Made by a program: the position numbers and the translations under genes. DNA of 64,000 bases from contig CP075496.1 of the NCBI GenBank assembly GCA_021613535.1, positions 3,348,001 through 3,412,000 on the forward strand. Direction: 5' to 3'. The notes below the pieces were generated by a model. That model was not told the origin of the DNA. It did not search any database and saw only the letters and a list, made by a program, of their open reading frames with translations. Shown in pieces: positions 12,601 through 26,413 of the stretch (position 1 is the stretch's first letter; each line of letters opens with the position of its first letter). This stretch comes from Adineta vaga (taxonomy: Eukaryota > Animalia > Rotifera).

Positions 12601-15600
12601 TTACCTAGTAAGAGATGGCATTGCTTTACTGTTCATACACATTAAATTATCACCAGCACTAACGATAAATGCAGTAGTAAAATATGCAGCATCAATCGAT
12701 GCAGCCGTTATTCCAAATTGAAATGTAATTGGATAACATTGTTGAGTCGTAAGATTTTGTGCAAGAATAAATTGTGTACGAATTGAAACATCTTGACCAA
12801 GAAAAACGTTTGAACCGTTATTTGTATCATTCAACTGTTGATAAGTTGATACATTCAATGGATTGATCACCAATGGCTAAATAAATCGAATTATTCAATT
12901 AAATACTTTTTTCTTCAAATAATTTCAAATCAAACTATTATTTACGTTTCCAAATGCATTTGCTGAACCACTAGTAAATGAGGACGTTATTGTTGCTAAT
13001 GCTGATTGTCCTGATGGTACTAGATTTGATAATTGCAAATCGAATGTTGAACCAGTTTGTGTGGTTGCAAGAAGAAAAACTTGAACAATTACTGTATCTG
13101 CATCAACGGACAATGATGAATTGATTGCCGATGCATTTGCTAATCAAATATCAAGTAATTATCAACATATGACAAGAAAATCATTAAATGATATTTACAA
13201 TTAATACTACAAATCAATCCAAGATTTGTTGTAGCTGATGATGGTACTCCATTGGAATTATAACTAAATACTGAAGATACATCATTTGAACATGGAACAT
13301 TACTGCCACGACGTGATGAAATATCAACTCGACAGACACTTGTTTGTTGATTGGCTTCATTGGCAACTAAATAATGAAGAGAGAAACGAATGAAGAACTT
13401 GTTTTCTCTGTTTTCTTACTAGCACTGCTCAAGGAAGAATACATTCCGTAAGAGGCAGATGGTATTTTTAAACCATAATTAGCAATTGTTAATCCATTTC
13501 GTGTAAATGATTGTGTAGTTGAATTCAATGCAAACATTAAAGGTGTTCCCTACAAGTAAAATATTCATGTTCGTTTTTTTAATACATCATCCAGACTGAC
13601 TTTCTACTTACATAAACATTGGGTGGAGAAACGAGTTGACTTCCACTGAAAAGTACTTGTCCAATCCAGAGATTTGATGGTGTGTAATATACATCAAGAC
13701 TAACATATGTAGATTGTCCATCACCAAGTGCAGCTTCAACTTTGACATAAACTCCTAAAAGATTTTAGCAAAAAAAAATATTTTCAAGAAACGAAATAGA
13801 ATATCTTTTTTTTTCTCTTACCAACACGAATTCGACCAAGATTACTGTCTGTTTGTGTTGTTTGATAATTACATAATGGACCAAATTGAATATAAGCTGT
13901 ATCATTTTTTCGTTGATTATATCTAGAATAATAGAAAGACTCTTATTTAGAGTCTATTTCATTCAACTAGAATGAATATTCACCTGGACGAATAAGTAAT
14001 ATATGGTGATTGATCTTGATTGTAATATGTTTGAATTACACATGGAAGATTAGCTCCCACGTATAAAACTTTTACCAAACAGATACTTGCAGCTGGTTGA
14101 CCACTACCTGGTGATGTTTCGTTAGTAGTTATTCTTACTGTCATTGGTGTATAAACACCATTTGGTTGTGTATAAATATCATAATAAAATAAACGTGTAT
14201 AACCTAATTTTGTAGCCGATTGATTTGTTGTAGCATTATTGTCATAAGATAAAGAAAACGTTGGTTGAGTTGCAACCTAAAAATTTCAATCTTGTACTTG
14301 TTTTCTACAAAGATAAATTCATTTTACCGAGTTATTATAACTAATAGTTGAGACATTAAAAGCAGCATTTCCAAGCCAAATTGTGTTGTTACCCAAGGTC
14401 ATAGCGACAGTTGGCCAAATTATAGTTTCACTTGTGTTCATTACTTGGAAGATTGCATCAAAACTGATTAAAAAAAACGAAGAAATCAGAAATGAAACAT
14501 CAATTCACTATATCCTACACTAGTGTGTTGACTGCATCAGCATAAACTGTTGAACGTACGCCCGTATTTTGTATAACACCATAATCGTATGACAATTGAT
14601 CATAAATAGTTGAATTAACACTGGATGAATACGTATTTCGAGAGAAACTTGTATCAGCACATTGAGGATTTGAACTACCCATATTTTCACCTGCTGATTG
14701 AAATACAACTGAACATGCTTTCAAAGCTGGCGTAGAACTATTTGCTGCACCATTTAATTCGATTACAATTGGAGCGACAAAACCACTTGGAATAACCATT
14801 GATATTGTCATTTTTAGTGATTGATAAATGCCAACGGAAACCGATTGTTGTGCAATAGAGAATGTTGGTAAAGATCCATTCTATATGTTACAGAATAAAT
14901 CTTCTCTTGTACGAATCAAAACAGAAAAAGAATTTACTAGAGAAAACGATGCTGCAGTTGGTGTAGCATAAATTGTGTATGTTTGTGTTGCTGTTGGACT
15001 CGATGAAGTTACTCTAGCTGTCATGGTACCAGCACTAAATGAACTAGTACTGTCTGTTTTAAATACACGACCATAGACTGTAATATAGAGAATCGATGTC
15101 GATCCACTGTATGATTCTGTGATTAAAAAAAGAAGAAAAGAAAATTTTTCAATGAATGAGTAATCAATGAGAGAAAAGAAGAAAATCTTTATATACGTGA
15201 ATTAACAATTTGACCAAGGGTAATAGTAATTTGATTGTTTGTCAACGCTGTTGTTAAACTTGTTGATATTTCATAACCTAATGTCGTTAGATGATAAAAG
15301 CCATCAGTTGATGTCTGAATAGGAGAACAAGCACAGAGGAATATATTTCTTTCTTTTAAAAGTATTATTTACTTGAACATAAGCTGAACAAAGTCCTAAT
15401 TGTGATGGATTATCATTTGTAATTGTAAAAACAAAATTTGATGCATATGTAGCATTATAATTAATTGGAATTTTTAAAGCAAATGGTGAACCTTGAGGAA
15501 TTTGTAAACTGGAACTATTGATTGTACCAATTATAAATGGTCCTGTACCACCCTAGACACGAAAGAGAAGAATGAAAAGTTGAATAGAAAATTAAATGAT

Positions 15601-16879
15601 TATTTTTTTCTACGGACACTTGATGAATTTGAAAAGATGAATAAAGCTTGACCAATCCATATTTCTGAAACATTATTATATTCAATACCAACTGTAACCC
15701 ACTAGAAAGAAGAAAAGCCATGATGATGATGACTAACAAAAGATCTTTTAATTATAGTTACATATTGAGATCCATTAGCTTGATTCGCAGGACTACTAAT
15801 AACCACACTACGAAAACCAATTTGAATTGTACTTTGTGTATTATTAGTTGGCGCACTTAAACCATTGTTTACTACCATTCCAAAATCAATACGAGCATCA
15901 TTAAACTAAAATATATTATCAAATTAAAAACGGACATTTCGTATGAGTTTAATTGTCTTTCAAATACTTGTGATGTATTTGTTGCCGATGTCATTGTTAT
16001 TGTTGGATCATAGATATTCTGTGTATTAATAAAATTTCCACCGACATAGGTCACTTGAGGTTTTGATAATTGCATAACAGCAGTATCATTATCTGGCATG
16101 ATAATTTCTACACTAAGATCTGTTGAAGCAGTTGAACCACCAGAAGTCGGAATAGTTATTGTCACAACATAATCACAATAATCACCTAGGGAGAAGAATT
16201 CAATGAATAAAAACGATATACTTGAATATATCTTACCAACTCGTACTAGAATTGACGAATTACAGTTGCCTTGTTTGACATAATCTATGGTAACATTAGC
16301 ACTAGCAGCATTAATGGATGGAATTACTTAAAAAGAAATGATGACATTAGTTTTGAAGAAAACAATCTGTTATGAATTCAGTACATCAATATATCAACAT
16401 AGATCCAAATAAAAAGCGTCGATACCAGACTATCCTTTCAATAATATTATCCATCAACTAAATGAATTTTTGTCAAGACTTTTGAACAGTAGTTATGCTT
16501 GATAAATTTTGTTTTTTGATTCAGTGAAGAACGACAAGTCACTCAACTCGTTGTTTCTGGTTACATAAAAACTATCATTCATACAATTGGTTTTTCTCCT
16601 GTATTTCTACAATATTCCGACAAATTTATACGAGAGAATGCTCTCTCTCCTACACTGTCCTATCCATTTCCTACTATATACCAAAACTCTTGCTCGGCCA
16701 AACTGAATTTATAGTTCTAATTCATATACAAATGATAACTCTAACGCACTATTTCCCTTCCTAATCAACATTTTCGAAAGTGGACTATAAATTGAACTTT
16801 TATATATCTTACCTAAACCAACTGTCATTATTATCACAGTTATCATTAACACATTCCATTGTTTAAATTGCAATTTCAT
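9654..16879 (-). CDS. Large secreted Ser/Thr/Asn-rich protein with tandem beta-rich repeat modules, a C-terminal F5/8 type C (discoidin-like) domain and one Asp-box
   Basis: Signal peptide MKLQFKQWNVLMITVIIMTVGL; more than 25 short introns; recurrent C-x-V-x5/6-G-x-N motif; YMQINFG..VGYSWDG..IRYLRIY; RSDDRGLTW; ends LAFDWFEY*. Confidence 0.75.
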
Positions 16880-17978
16880 CTTACTCGCAAGATACTATTC
16901 ACCTAAATGACAAGGAAATGAAGGTTTTTGAAAAAATAAGAAAATATTCTTCTTTTTATTTCATTCTCTCTCTGTCTTTTCTCTCTTTATTTCCTAATTA
17001 TTTTTCAAAAAAGAATAAGAGAGTATAACACAATGAAAACTCATAAACACACACACATATAATCAACAATTTTAAGTTTTTTTCTCTTTATTTTTAAATT
17101 TTCTTTTCTCACCAATGACGTCGTTCAATTACTTCTTTGTTCTTTCAACGACAAACGTCTGCCTACTGTTTTTTCAATCAAATACTTGAAATAAATTTCT
17201 AATATAGTAAAAGCTTTTCCTACTTGGTCTCTCTTCTATATCATTACAACCAAAAAAATACTAAAACAAAAAGCAACTTCAATTCTATGACCGTTCAAAG
17301 GAAAATACTAAGAATCTCATAAATACATCAAATGTTGTTTTCTTGCTTTTAAATAAACTCTACTGTCATTTCGAACAAAATATATTTCAACGTATTTCCG
17401 GAAAGTAGTTTGAAGTTGTTTTTTGAATAAATTCCCTCGGCATACATTTCTTTTTATAGACAAATTTGATAATCTCGCAAGAGATCTACACTAATACTTA
17501 TCTAATAGTTGGGAAAGTCAGTCGAAAATGTCTATGTGCATGACTTCACTACTGCAAATTTTTCTTCTACTTCGATTTAATTGCTTAAATTTATATATTA
17601 TTTATTGTTGTCCTTTTTCTCTCTTTCTCTTTTTTCAACAATCACTAAAAGATCGAAAGGAAAAATATCATAAAAAACTTATTAAAAGATGGGCTTTTTT
17701 CCATATAGCTATGAAAAGAACATCATAACTGAACTACGATAAATTTGTTAAAACAAAAACTTCTGTATTTTGAAGAATTCTAAATGAATATGTTTGTAAG
17801 TAGTTCAAACGTTTTTTCCTTTATTCCATTATCACAACAACGAAATACAAAACAAAATATAAACAACATTCGATAAAAATGACTAAAATAAAATATTGCA
17901 TTGAATTTTTTTTTACATCTGACACCTAAAGCCACAAGACAATATCAAGCGAAAAATTGAATTGAAAAAAAATCATTT

Positions 17979-18769
17979 TTAATTATCATCGAATGGTGGT
18001 AAACCAAAATCTGTTGGATCAAATTTTAATAAACTATCCAATGTAAGTGTAACATGTTTTAAAATCCATGTATCATAAGTACTTAATGGTAAACTTGGTA
18101 CTAATACAACTTTCATTCCAGCAGAAAGTGCAGCACGAACACCATTTTCTCCATCTTCGAAGACTAAACATTGACTCATTGATAATGGTGGATTAGGAAA
18201 TTTTTCTGCACATGCAAGAAATATATCAGGTTCAGGTTTAGTTAAACGTATTTCTGTTGCATCTGTACATATAACTGGATCAAATAATTTGAATAATTCT
18301 CGATAACCACTTGTTTTTAATGTATATAATTCATGAGATGAACCTGTACCAATAGCTAGAGAAAGAAAAGTTGAATAAATTGAATATGATTGTTGTTCAT
18401 ACCCATTGGAATATTATGATTTGCTAAATGTTGAATGAGACGTTCAGCACCAGGCAACAATTCAGCCGATGGGAAAGCTTGAACATAGAGTTCATTTGAT
18501 TTCTTTAGAAATTCCTCATCCGTCATTGGTAAATTTAATTCTCCTAGAAGAAAGTTCCTTTTTAAAAAAGAAATATTTGTTTTCCTCAAAAGCATACGAA
18601 TTAATATTTGTCCAGCTTCTAAAGATGATTTTCCCATCATTTCTAATTTAGTTTCTGTACTAAAATTTTTTCCATACGGTGCACATAATTGCTGCATACA
18701 TTCTGTATAGATTGATTCAGTATCTAATAATAAACCATCCAAATCGAATATACAATGAGTAATATTCAT
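17979..18769 (-). CDS. PUDP: Pseudouridine-5'-phosphatase (HDHD1/GS1-like HAD hydrolase)
   Basis: CIFDLDGLLLDTE (HAD motif I), LLPGAERLIQHL, KPEPDIFL, CLVFEDGENGV, FDPTDFGLPPF. Confidence 0.92.
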
Positions 18770-19693
18770 GATAAATTTATAAGATCTAAAATAATGATTT
18801 TAGGAAACTAAGAGAAATTTAAATATGCAAAATAGATGTTAACAGGAAGTTCTTAATGCATATAAGGCAAGAAGCAGAATAAAGAACGGAAGATTCGTTT
18901 GAGTTTGCCTTTCAGAAAAGAATGCTTTTTGTATGTTAAGTACGCAAGAATGATCTGGATTCATTATTAAATTATAAGTAGATATACAATGTTTGGATTG
19001 GTATCGTTTTAGTTATTATTAGTAGTAGTGTACTGATATTTCAACCAGAACAAATGAATAGTTACTTCAATTATCAGTTTGTTACAAAGATCCATCACAA
19101 AATGATGACTATACAAGTAAATTATCTTCTAGAAGACTTGGTATTTTACACAGAATGATCCTCAAGGTCTATATTTCCTTTTATAAAAATGATATAGCTT
19201 AAAAGCACGTGAATTTCTCGGAACTTGCTCTATGTCATAGTATTCTTAGTCGTCAGTAAAAATACTAATAATTGAAGTAATCTGTTTTACTGATGAATAT
19301 ATATATATATATGTTTTCTTACTTTGTTTAAATGTTTTTCATTTTAAGTTAATAACAGAATTATAAAATTGATAGAAAACAATATTATTATGTTCAGTAC
19401 TTTCTAATTAACCTAAATGTTTTTTTTCCTAGACTGTGAATTAGAAAAAATTATTGTTATTTACTCTTGTTCTGGTTGTAAAATATGAATATGAAAATTG
19501 ATCGTTTTAGGAATTCTTAATCTGAAAAAAAAACAAACATCAAACAAAGATTAAATTATTGTTTCGTAAATATTTCACAACGAAATTTTGTTCATGAGAG
19601 AAAAGCAAATAATAAAAAGAGATTTAAACATCAAACGAAAACACACCACAGCAAACGAAGAGATTCATTTAACTTATGAAAGACATTATTTCA

Positions 19694-21835
19694 TCAATTG
19701 AATACAACATCTAATATCATCATCACTGTAAATCCGCCTAGAAGGAAAAACAAATCTATTTTTAGTAAAAAAGAACTTTCCAATTATAATTTTCTACACA
19801 TACCCATCATCCACCAAGATGAGATTGTTCGATTCTGACTAAGAACATATGGAGACAAGCTAAATTAGTTTTGGATTATTTTTTAATCTCACTTACGAAG
19901 TTATTTCTGGTATAATTTCATTAAAAACAACAAAAAGCATTGCACCCGCCGCGAACGAAAGTGCAAATGGTAACAAACAATTCGCTAATTGAACAAAAAA
20001 TACACCAAGAATACCTGCCACAATTTCAACTAGACCACTCAATTGACCATACCTATTCAATAATCAATAAACAAACAAATTCACATTAGAAAAATATAAG
20101 ACGTTGTCTTTCAAATATACCAAAATGCTTTGAAAGATCCAATACCAAATGATCGCAACGGTAAACTTATTGCCAATCCTAGATGAAAATTCTTTCTTAC
20201 TATTAATAAATAAAAATTACAATGTGCAACATGTAGAAACTACTTTTCCCCGAAAGAAAAGAATCTTATCATTCTCATTTGAGAAATCATCATTTCTTGG
20301 CAGATTAGTTTTTTTTCTTCACATATATAAAAGAATATCTCTTTTTTTATTACAATTATATTGAGATGACATCTATTCTTATTTTAATAGAATATTTCAT
20401 GTTAAAATTGACTTCTTACAATTTACTTTGACACATTTCAAGATTCTATAGAAATTCATCATTATTTAATTATTTTATTCACAAAAGCATCAATTGATCT
20501 ATGCAATAGTGACAGCTGGATTTCTTCCTTCTTTCATATGCAAATGCACGCTTCTCTTCATCGAAGAAATACTGTGATATCTCGAAGTGATAGTTAAACA
20601 AAAGAAATCAACAGGATCTTATTAGAGACCGGATTTAAGCAACATTCCATTGCGTGTATAGAAGATGATTCATTAAATCAAAAGCAATTAATGAAAAATA
20701 CATTATTAAATCTATCACGATTCAGCTGTTACTTTTGTATATAGTTTCTATTTACTCAATAACGAAAAAAAAACACAAGAGAGATCAGTTAGGATCGTCT
20801 GATCTTTATAAATTCGAAATCTTTCGATGATGTCTGAGTCTTTTGTTTTACTAAATAAACTTACCCTCTGGAAAGTTTTGAATACCAATTCCAACTGCTA
20901 AATTTCTACAAATGAAATAATAAACCTGAAAAGATTCGTATATTTTACAATCATTTTACCGAGCGCGATTGAATGCTAACGTTGCATTATTCGATGTTGG
21001 AATGGATCCAAATCCAACACCAACAGCTAATCCTTCTGAGAGAAAAAAAGGTCTTTCTATCGATGTCTTCTTCTTCTTCTTCTTCTTCTTTGCTTACCAG
21101 GAAAATTATGTACGGTAACAGCAATCATTAACAAAAGTAACCGATGCCATCTTGTTTGATCTTCATTATTTCCATGGATTTCTTTGATTTCTTCCATTGG
21201 ACTATCACCAATCGGTGTATGTAGTTTACCCCTTATATCTTGATTTCGTTTCAATCGTGCACGTACAGAAGAATTCATTTTCAAATTTGATAATGTTTCG
21301 TGAGAATTTTTGATTTTATATTCATCGGTTTTTTTGTCTGAGATTACTTGAAATACTTGTTTAGATGTTATCGATGGTAATAAAAGATCGGTGATATGAA
21401 CAAATAATCCACCCAATAGAAAACCAATAATAATTAATAGAAAATTTACTCGAATATCTATTTGAGATTCTTCACGAGCTATTCGAAATGCAGGATCAAG
21501 TAAACTCCAAAACGATGCTGCTGTCATTACCTATATAATAACAAAAAATGAAAGTTTAATTCGTTAAAATCAAATCAACTCACTCCAGCTCCAAAACCAA
21601 GACTATAATCAAGTAATTTTTGCTAAAAAGAAGTTTGAAAAATAGTTATGTTCAATATGTTCAACCAAACATACATTCGTGGAGTTGAATATAAATACAA
21701 GAGCAGCACCAGCTGCTGTGACAAACCATGTAAATCCAGTCCCTAGAATAGGATAAATCTGTTCGTTTCTGAAATAATTGCATTTCTAAACCTACCTAGA
21801 AGACACTGAATTAACGGTGTTTGATCACGCAACAT
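19694..21835 (-). CDS. SLC39A11: Zinc transporter ZIP11 (GufA type)
   Basis: GTGFTWFVTAAGAA, MTAASFWSLL, HNFPEGLAVGVGFG, GIGIQNFPEG, YGQLSGLVE, AAGAMLFVV, GFTVMMILDV*. Confidence 0.93.
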
Positions 21836-22006
21836 TAACAAATGAACATTTAACGTGATTATTTGATGTCAATTCCATATTTTATTGATGCTATTTACTG
21901 ATTGGTCATTGATTTTGACGAATAGAAATCGATAGAAAGAAACAAAAAACAAAAGGCAAGAAAATTAGTTTCATTTCATTATTTTGATTACAAAATAACG
22001 ATAAAA
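21836..22006. promoter_or_regulatory. Compact (171-nt) divergent intergenic region, likely bidirectional promoter for ZIP11 and TCERG1
   Basis: Start codons at 21835 (-) and 22007 (+); ATTGG (reverse CCAAT) at 21901. Confidence 0.5.
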
Positions 22007-25000
22007 ATGAATGAAAATTCTTCATCTTTGGATTTAAATACACTCTGGGTAGAATATAAAAATCGAGATGGTCGTGTAAGTATTTTTCAATAATAAAATT
22101 CCATATTTATCTCTTGAATTCTTTTCGTTTCTAAGGTCTATTATTACAATGCCAAAACTCGCCAATCAATATGGACAAAACCAGAAGGACAACGTGTTAT
22201 GTCTCAAAATGAACTTGATGAGTTACTTGCAAATCAAACTGAAACATCGACAAATATTGTTTCACCATCGGAAGCAGAAACAATAGATGAACCATCAGAA
22301 ACAATCGAAGAAACGAATTCATCGCCCAATGAACAACCAGCAAGCAATTTTAATCCATATTCATATCCACCACCGTCATTAGGAATGCCATTTGGAGCAT
22401 TTCCACCACATTTAATGCCACATATGGCTCAAATGATGCAGAATGGTAAATTGAAAAAACAAATGAGTTCCTTTCTATGATATTTCATTGAAATATGTTT
22501 TAGGTTTTCCAAGTTTTAGTTCTGTTCCACCGCCTGCTCATTTACTTCGATTTATGATGCCACCTATTCTAAATCCACAAGGAGTAACAACAGGAAAAAG
22601 TTTAGAAACACTTCAAACAGAATTACGAAAAGTTAGTAGCGACTTTTTTTGCGTTTTGGGTTATTCAAATATTGTTTATTTAGTTATGCGTTCAATTAAA
22701 AGAATTAGAAGAAAAAATGGCAAAAGTCAATAATGACGCAGCGGTTTGGTCCGAATTCAAGAATGCAGAAGGACGAGCATATTTTTATAATTCAAAAACG
22801 ACAGAATCTAGATGGGATAAACCACTTGTTCTAAATGATGTTATCGGTATTGAATTGATTGATTTTTCTTTAGAGACGAAAAGATTTGTTTTTATTCAGA
22901 TTTACAAAATCAACTTGAAAATGTCAATAAGATGATTCATGAATCAGAAAAGGAAGTTAAACGACTTGAAAGTGAACAAAGTCAATTACCAACGACGAAT
23001 TCCAATGATAAACAACAACCACCAGCAACAGTTCCAACACCTGTTTTTATAAATGGATTTACATTAGAAAAATTAGATAATAATGATGCACGACGTTTCG
23101 TATGTATCTACATCAGTCTACAATGAAAGATATTCTGAATGGAAATCTTTGTTAGCAATGAGTCATTTTATTAATGAGAAATAACAATTTTTCAACAGAA
23201 GGAAAATGTATCGAATACTATTGACAGATCATTGATGAACTTGCATGAAGTTTATGAGATTATTCATTCGTTAAATCTGTAATTTTTACTATTCTGTTTT
23301 TACTATAGGGTGAATCGGGATTAATATTAGATCGGAATCAACTTGATGATAAATCCAAAGGTAAATCTAGACCAAGCGCCTCAAAACCAATTCCTGGTAC
23401 TCCATGGTAAATTTATCTAAAAAAATGCATCGTTTTCCTCTGATCTCTGTTTCATCCATTTAGGTGTATTGTATGGACAACAGATCAACAAACATTTTTC
23501 TTTAATCCAACATCACGAACATCGCTATGGGATAGACCAGAAGAATTAAAAGGTTAATATTTGTCATACTAGTTGTGAATTTTACCTCACAAATCTGTTT
23601 TTAGGTCGAATGGATGTCGATGAAATGATTCGTGCAGCATTACCACAACAAGAATCAACTGATAATACTCGTACAATAGCAACAAAACAAAAATTAGATT
23701 CTACTACGGATGATGTTGAACAAGAAGCTAAAAAAATCAAGTATATTTCAAATTCAATTGAAAACTCTCTTTCATCTTTTTTTTTGTCTAGGTCGGATAC
23801 AATTCCTCTAATTAATACTTCAAATGGTAATGAAACTTCGAGTAATGAAACAAAGTTAATACAAAATTCCACTGATCGTTCTGTTAATAATACGAAAGAA
23901 TCAAGTCAAGATGCTGAAACAAAAGCAACTAAACTACGAGAATTACTTTCTTATGAAACACGTATTAAACAATTCCGAGAAATGCTTGCAGAAAAACAAG
24001 TCAGTATATTGATAATTAAGAAATTATTTTCAGTTTTCTTCTTTCAGGTTAGTGCATTTGCTACATGGGAACAAGAATTAAGTAAAATTAGTTCAGATTC
24101 ACGCTATTTACTACTGACAGCAAAAGAACGTAAACAAGAATATGATCGATATACACATGGTTTGAAAGAAAGAAATGTTGTTAAACAGAAAATAAATGAT
24201 TTTGATTTGATTTAGAACGAGCTGATGAAGAACGACGAGAAAAAGAAGCAAAAATTAAATTAAAAAAACAACAATTTCGTGATTTATTAAAAGAATCAAG
24301 TGTAACTACAAAGTAAATAATCATCTTCATTATTTAAAGTGAATGAATAATATCTATTTTAGAACAACATTTACGGAATTCTCCTCACGACATGGTAAAG
24401 ATGAACGATTTCGTGCGATAGAAAAAATTCGTGATCGAGAAGCATGGTTTCATGAATATGTTCAAGAATTAAAAACTCAAGAAAAAGATGGTTCTAATCG
24501 ACATAATGATAAAGAAACAGTAAGATATCCATATGATAGATAGTATATTTTCATAATTCTACAGATCTTTTTCAATTGATTGCTAATCACTATGTTGAAC
24601 AACTCATTTCATTTGTTTTAGCTAAAAAAAGAGTACTTTGTATTATTGAAAGAAACAAAAGTCACTCGAAACTCTTCTTGGTCTGATATTAAACATTTAT
24701 GTAATCATGATTCACGTTACAAAGCTGTTCAATCAAGTTCTCGGCGTGAAGATTGGTTTCATGAATATCAATCGAAACATCTCGATGAAACAAGCACTAC
24801 ACCTGTTGTCGTATGTTGAAATGAAATGATCTTTGGGTTTTTTTTTCAAATTTAACTTTTTTTTGTTGTTTTTCAGACAACTGAAGAAGAACTTGAACGA
24901 CAACGTGAAAAGGAAAAACAAGAACGTATTGATGCTAGTATAAAAAAACGTGCTGAAGAAGTGAAAGAACAATTATCCGGTTTTCAACGTGAATTGGATA

Positions 25001-25684
25001 AAGAACGTGAACAATTGAAAAAAGATAAAGCAATTGAAAATTTCAAAGCATTATTAACTGATATGGTTCGAACAGCAGATGCTGAATGGAAAGAAACAAA
25101 GAAAAATCTACGAAAAGATCCACGATGGGAACAAGACCTTGATCGAGATAAAAAGGAACGTTTATTTGAAGAACATGTAAATGCATTAGAAAAGAAACGA
25201 ACAATGGCATTTCATACACTTTTAAGTGAACATTGTACATTAATATCAACATGGAAAGAAGTTAAGAAGGTTATTAAATCTGATCCACGTTATGAAAAAA
25301 TTGTTTCAAATGAACGAAAACGTGATTTAGAAGAAGAATTTGAAGAATATATTAAAGAAAAATATCGTACAGCAAAACAAGAATTTCGAGAATTATTAAA
25401 AGAAACAAAATTAATTACTTACAAGTAATTAAATTCAATAGAAAAGAAAGAAGATTTTTTTTCATTTTATTTTGTTATTTAGATCCTATCAAATGATTCG
25501 AGAATCGGAAGAACAAAATCATTTACGTGATATTGAAAAAGTTCTTCAAAAAGATCAACGATATTTTCTATTAGATCCTGAACCAGAAGAGCGTTCAAGA
25601 ATTCTTATGAATTATATTCGAGAACTTCATGAACGTGGTACACCACCACCGCCAACAGCGACAATTGATCGACGAAAACTTTAA
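22007..25684 (+). CDS. TCERG1: Transcription elongation regulator 1 (CA150): three WW domains + FF repeats
   Basis: WVEYKNRDGRVYYYN..WTKP, WSEFKNAEGRAYFYN..WDKP, PIPGTPWCIVWT..FFFNP; multiple FF repeats; C-terminal GTPPPPTAT. Confidence 0.94.
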
Positions 25685-26413
25685 TAGAATGTATTCGCCT
25701 AGTTGTTGTTGTTTTACTTTGTAATATTTGTTTTTCTCTGTATCAGCACAGATAATCTGTGTATCTGTTGGTCAAACTAAGCGTGAGCAATGTAACAGAC
25801 AAACGCTTGTAATGATTTGTCTATAAACGAAATCTTTTCAAAGAAAATAATATGATCGATTAGAAATGATGACTTTCTATAGTGATCATTAAACAATTGA
25901 AAGTTATCTTTCGTTTCGATTTCTTTTTGAGAAACTATTCATATGATATATGCTATTGATCGGAAATATTTCATAACTAGAAGTATTTTATTTCTTGCTT
26001 TGAATAACTTTTGATTGTATAGTCAACAATCAATATAAAATTTATATGTTCAATTGATGAAGTTAGTTTTTCTTATAAATTTGAAATTAGGAGATGATCC
26101 GATGTTATGCAATTGTCATGTGGCGAAGAACAATGTTTTTATTTGAAGATTACGTGTCAAAATGATATATCATGAACATCGCTCAACTATAGACATCATT
26201 GAAAACTATGATTTTTTTTCTGTTTTCATTTCTACAGTATAATCGGATAGTTCTGAATAAACAACTAATGAATAAAAATGGTCTCTGAAACCGTAAAAAT
26301 CATAATGAAGAAGAAGCGAAATAACATATTAATATGAATAACACATGATGTTCGTTTTTTCTTAACCCTGATTAATACTTATGCCCGACTACATGTAGAA
26401 ACATTTTTTAGCT

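Noticed and set aside
21061-21092. Poly-Arg C-terminus of ORF 21057-21527
   Set aside because: It is an (AGA)n microsatellite inside a ZIP11 intron following the GTAAG donor.
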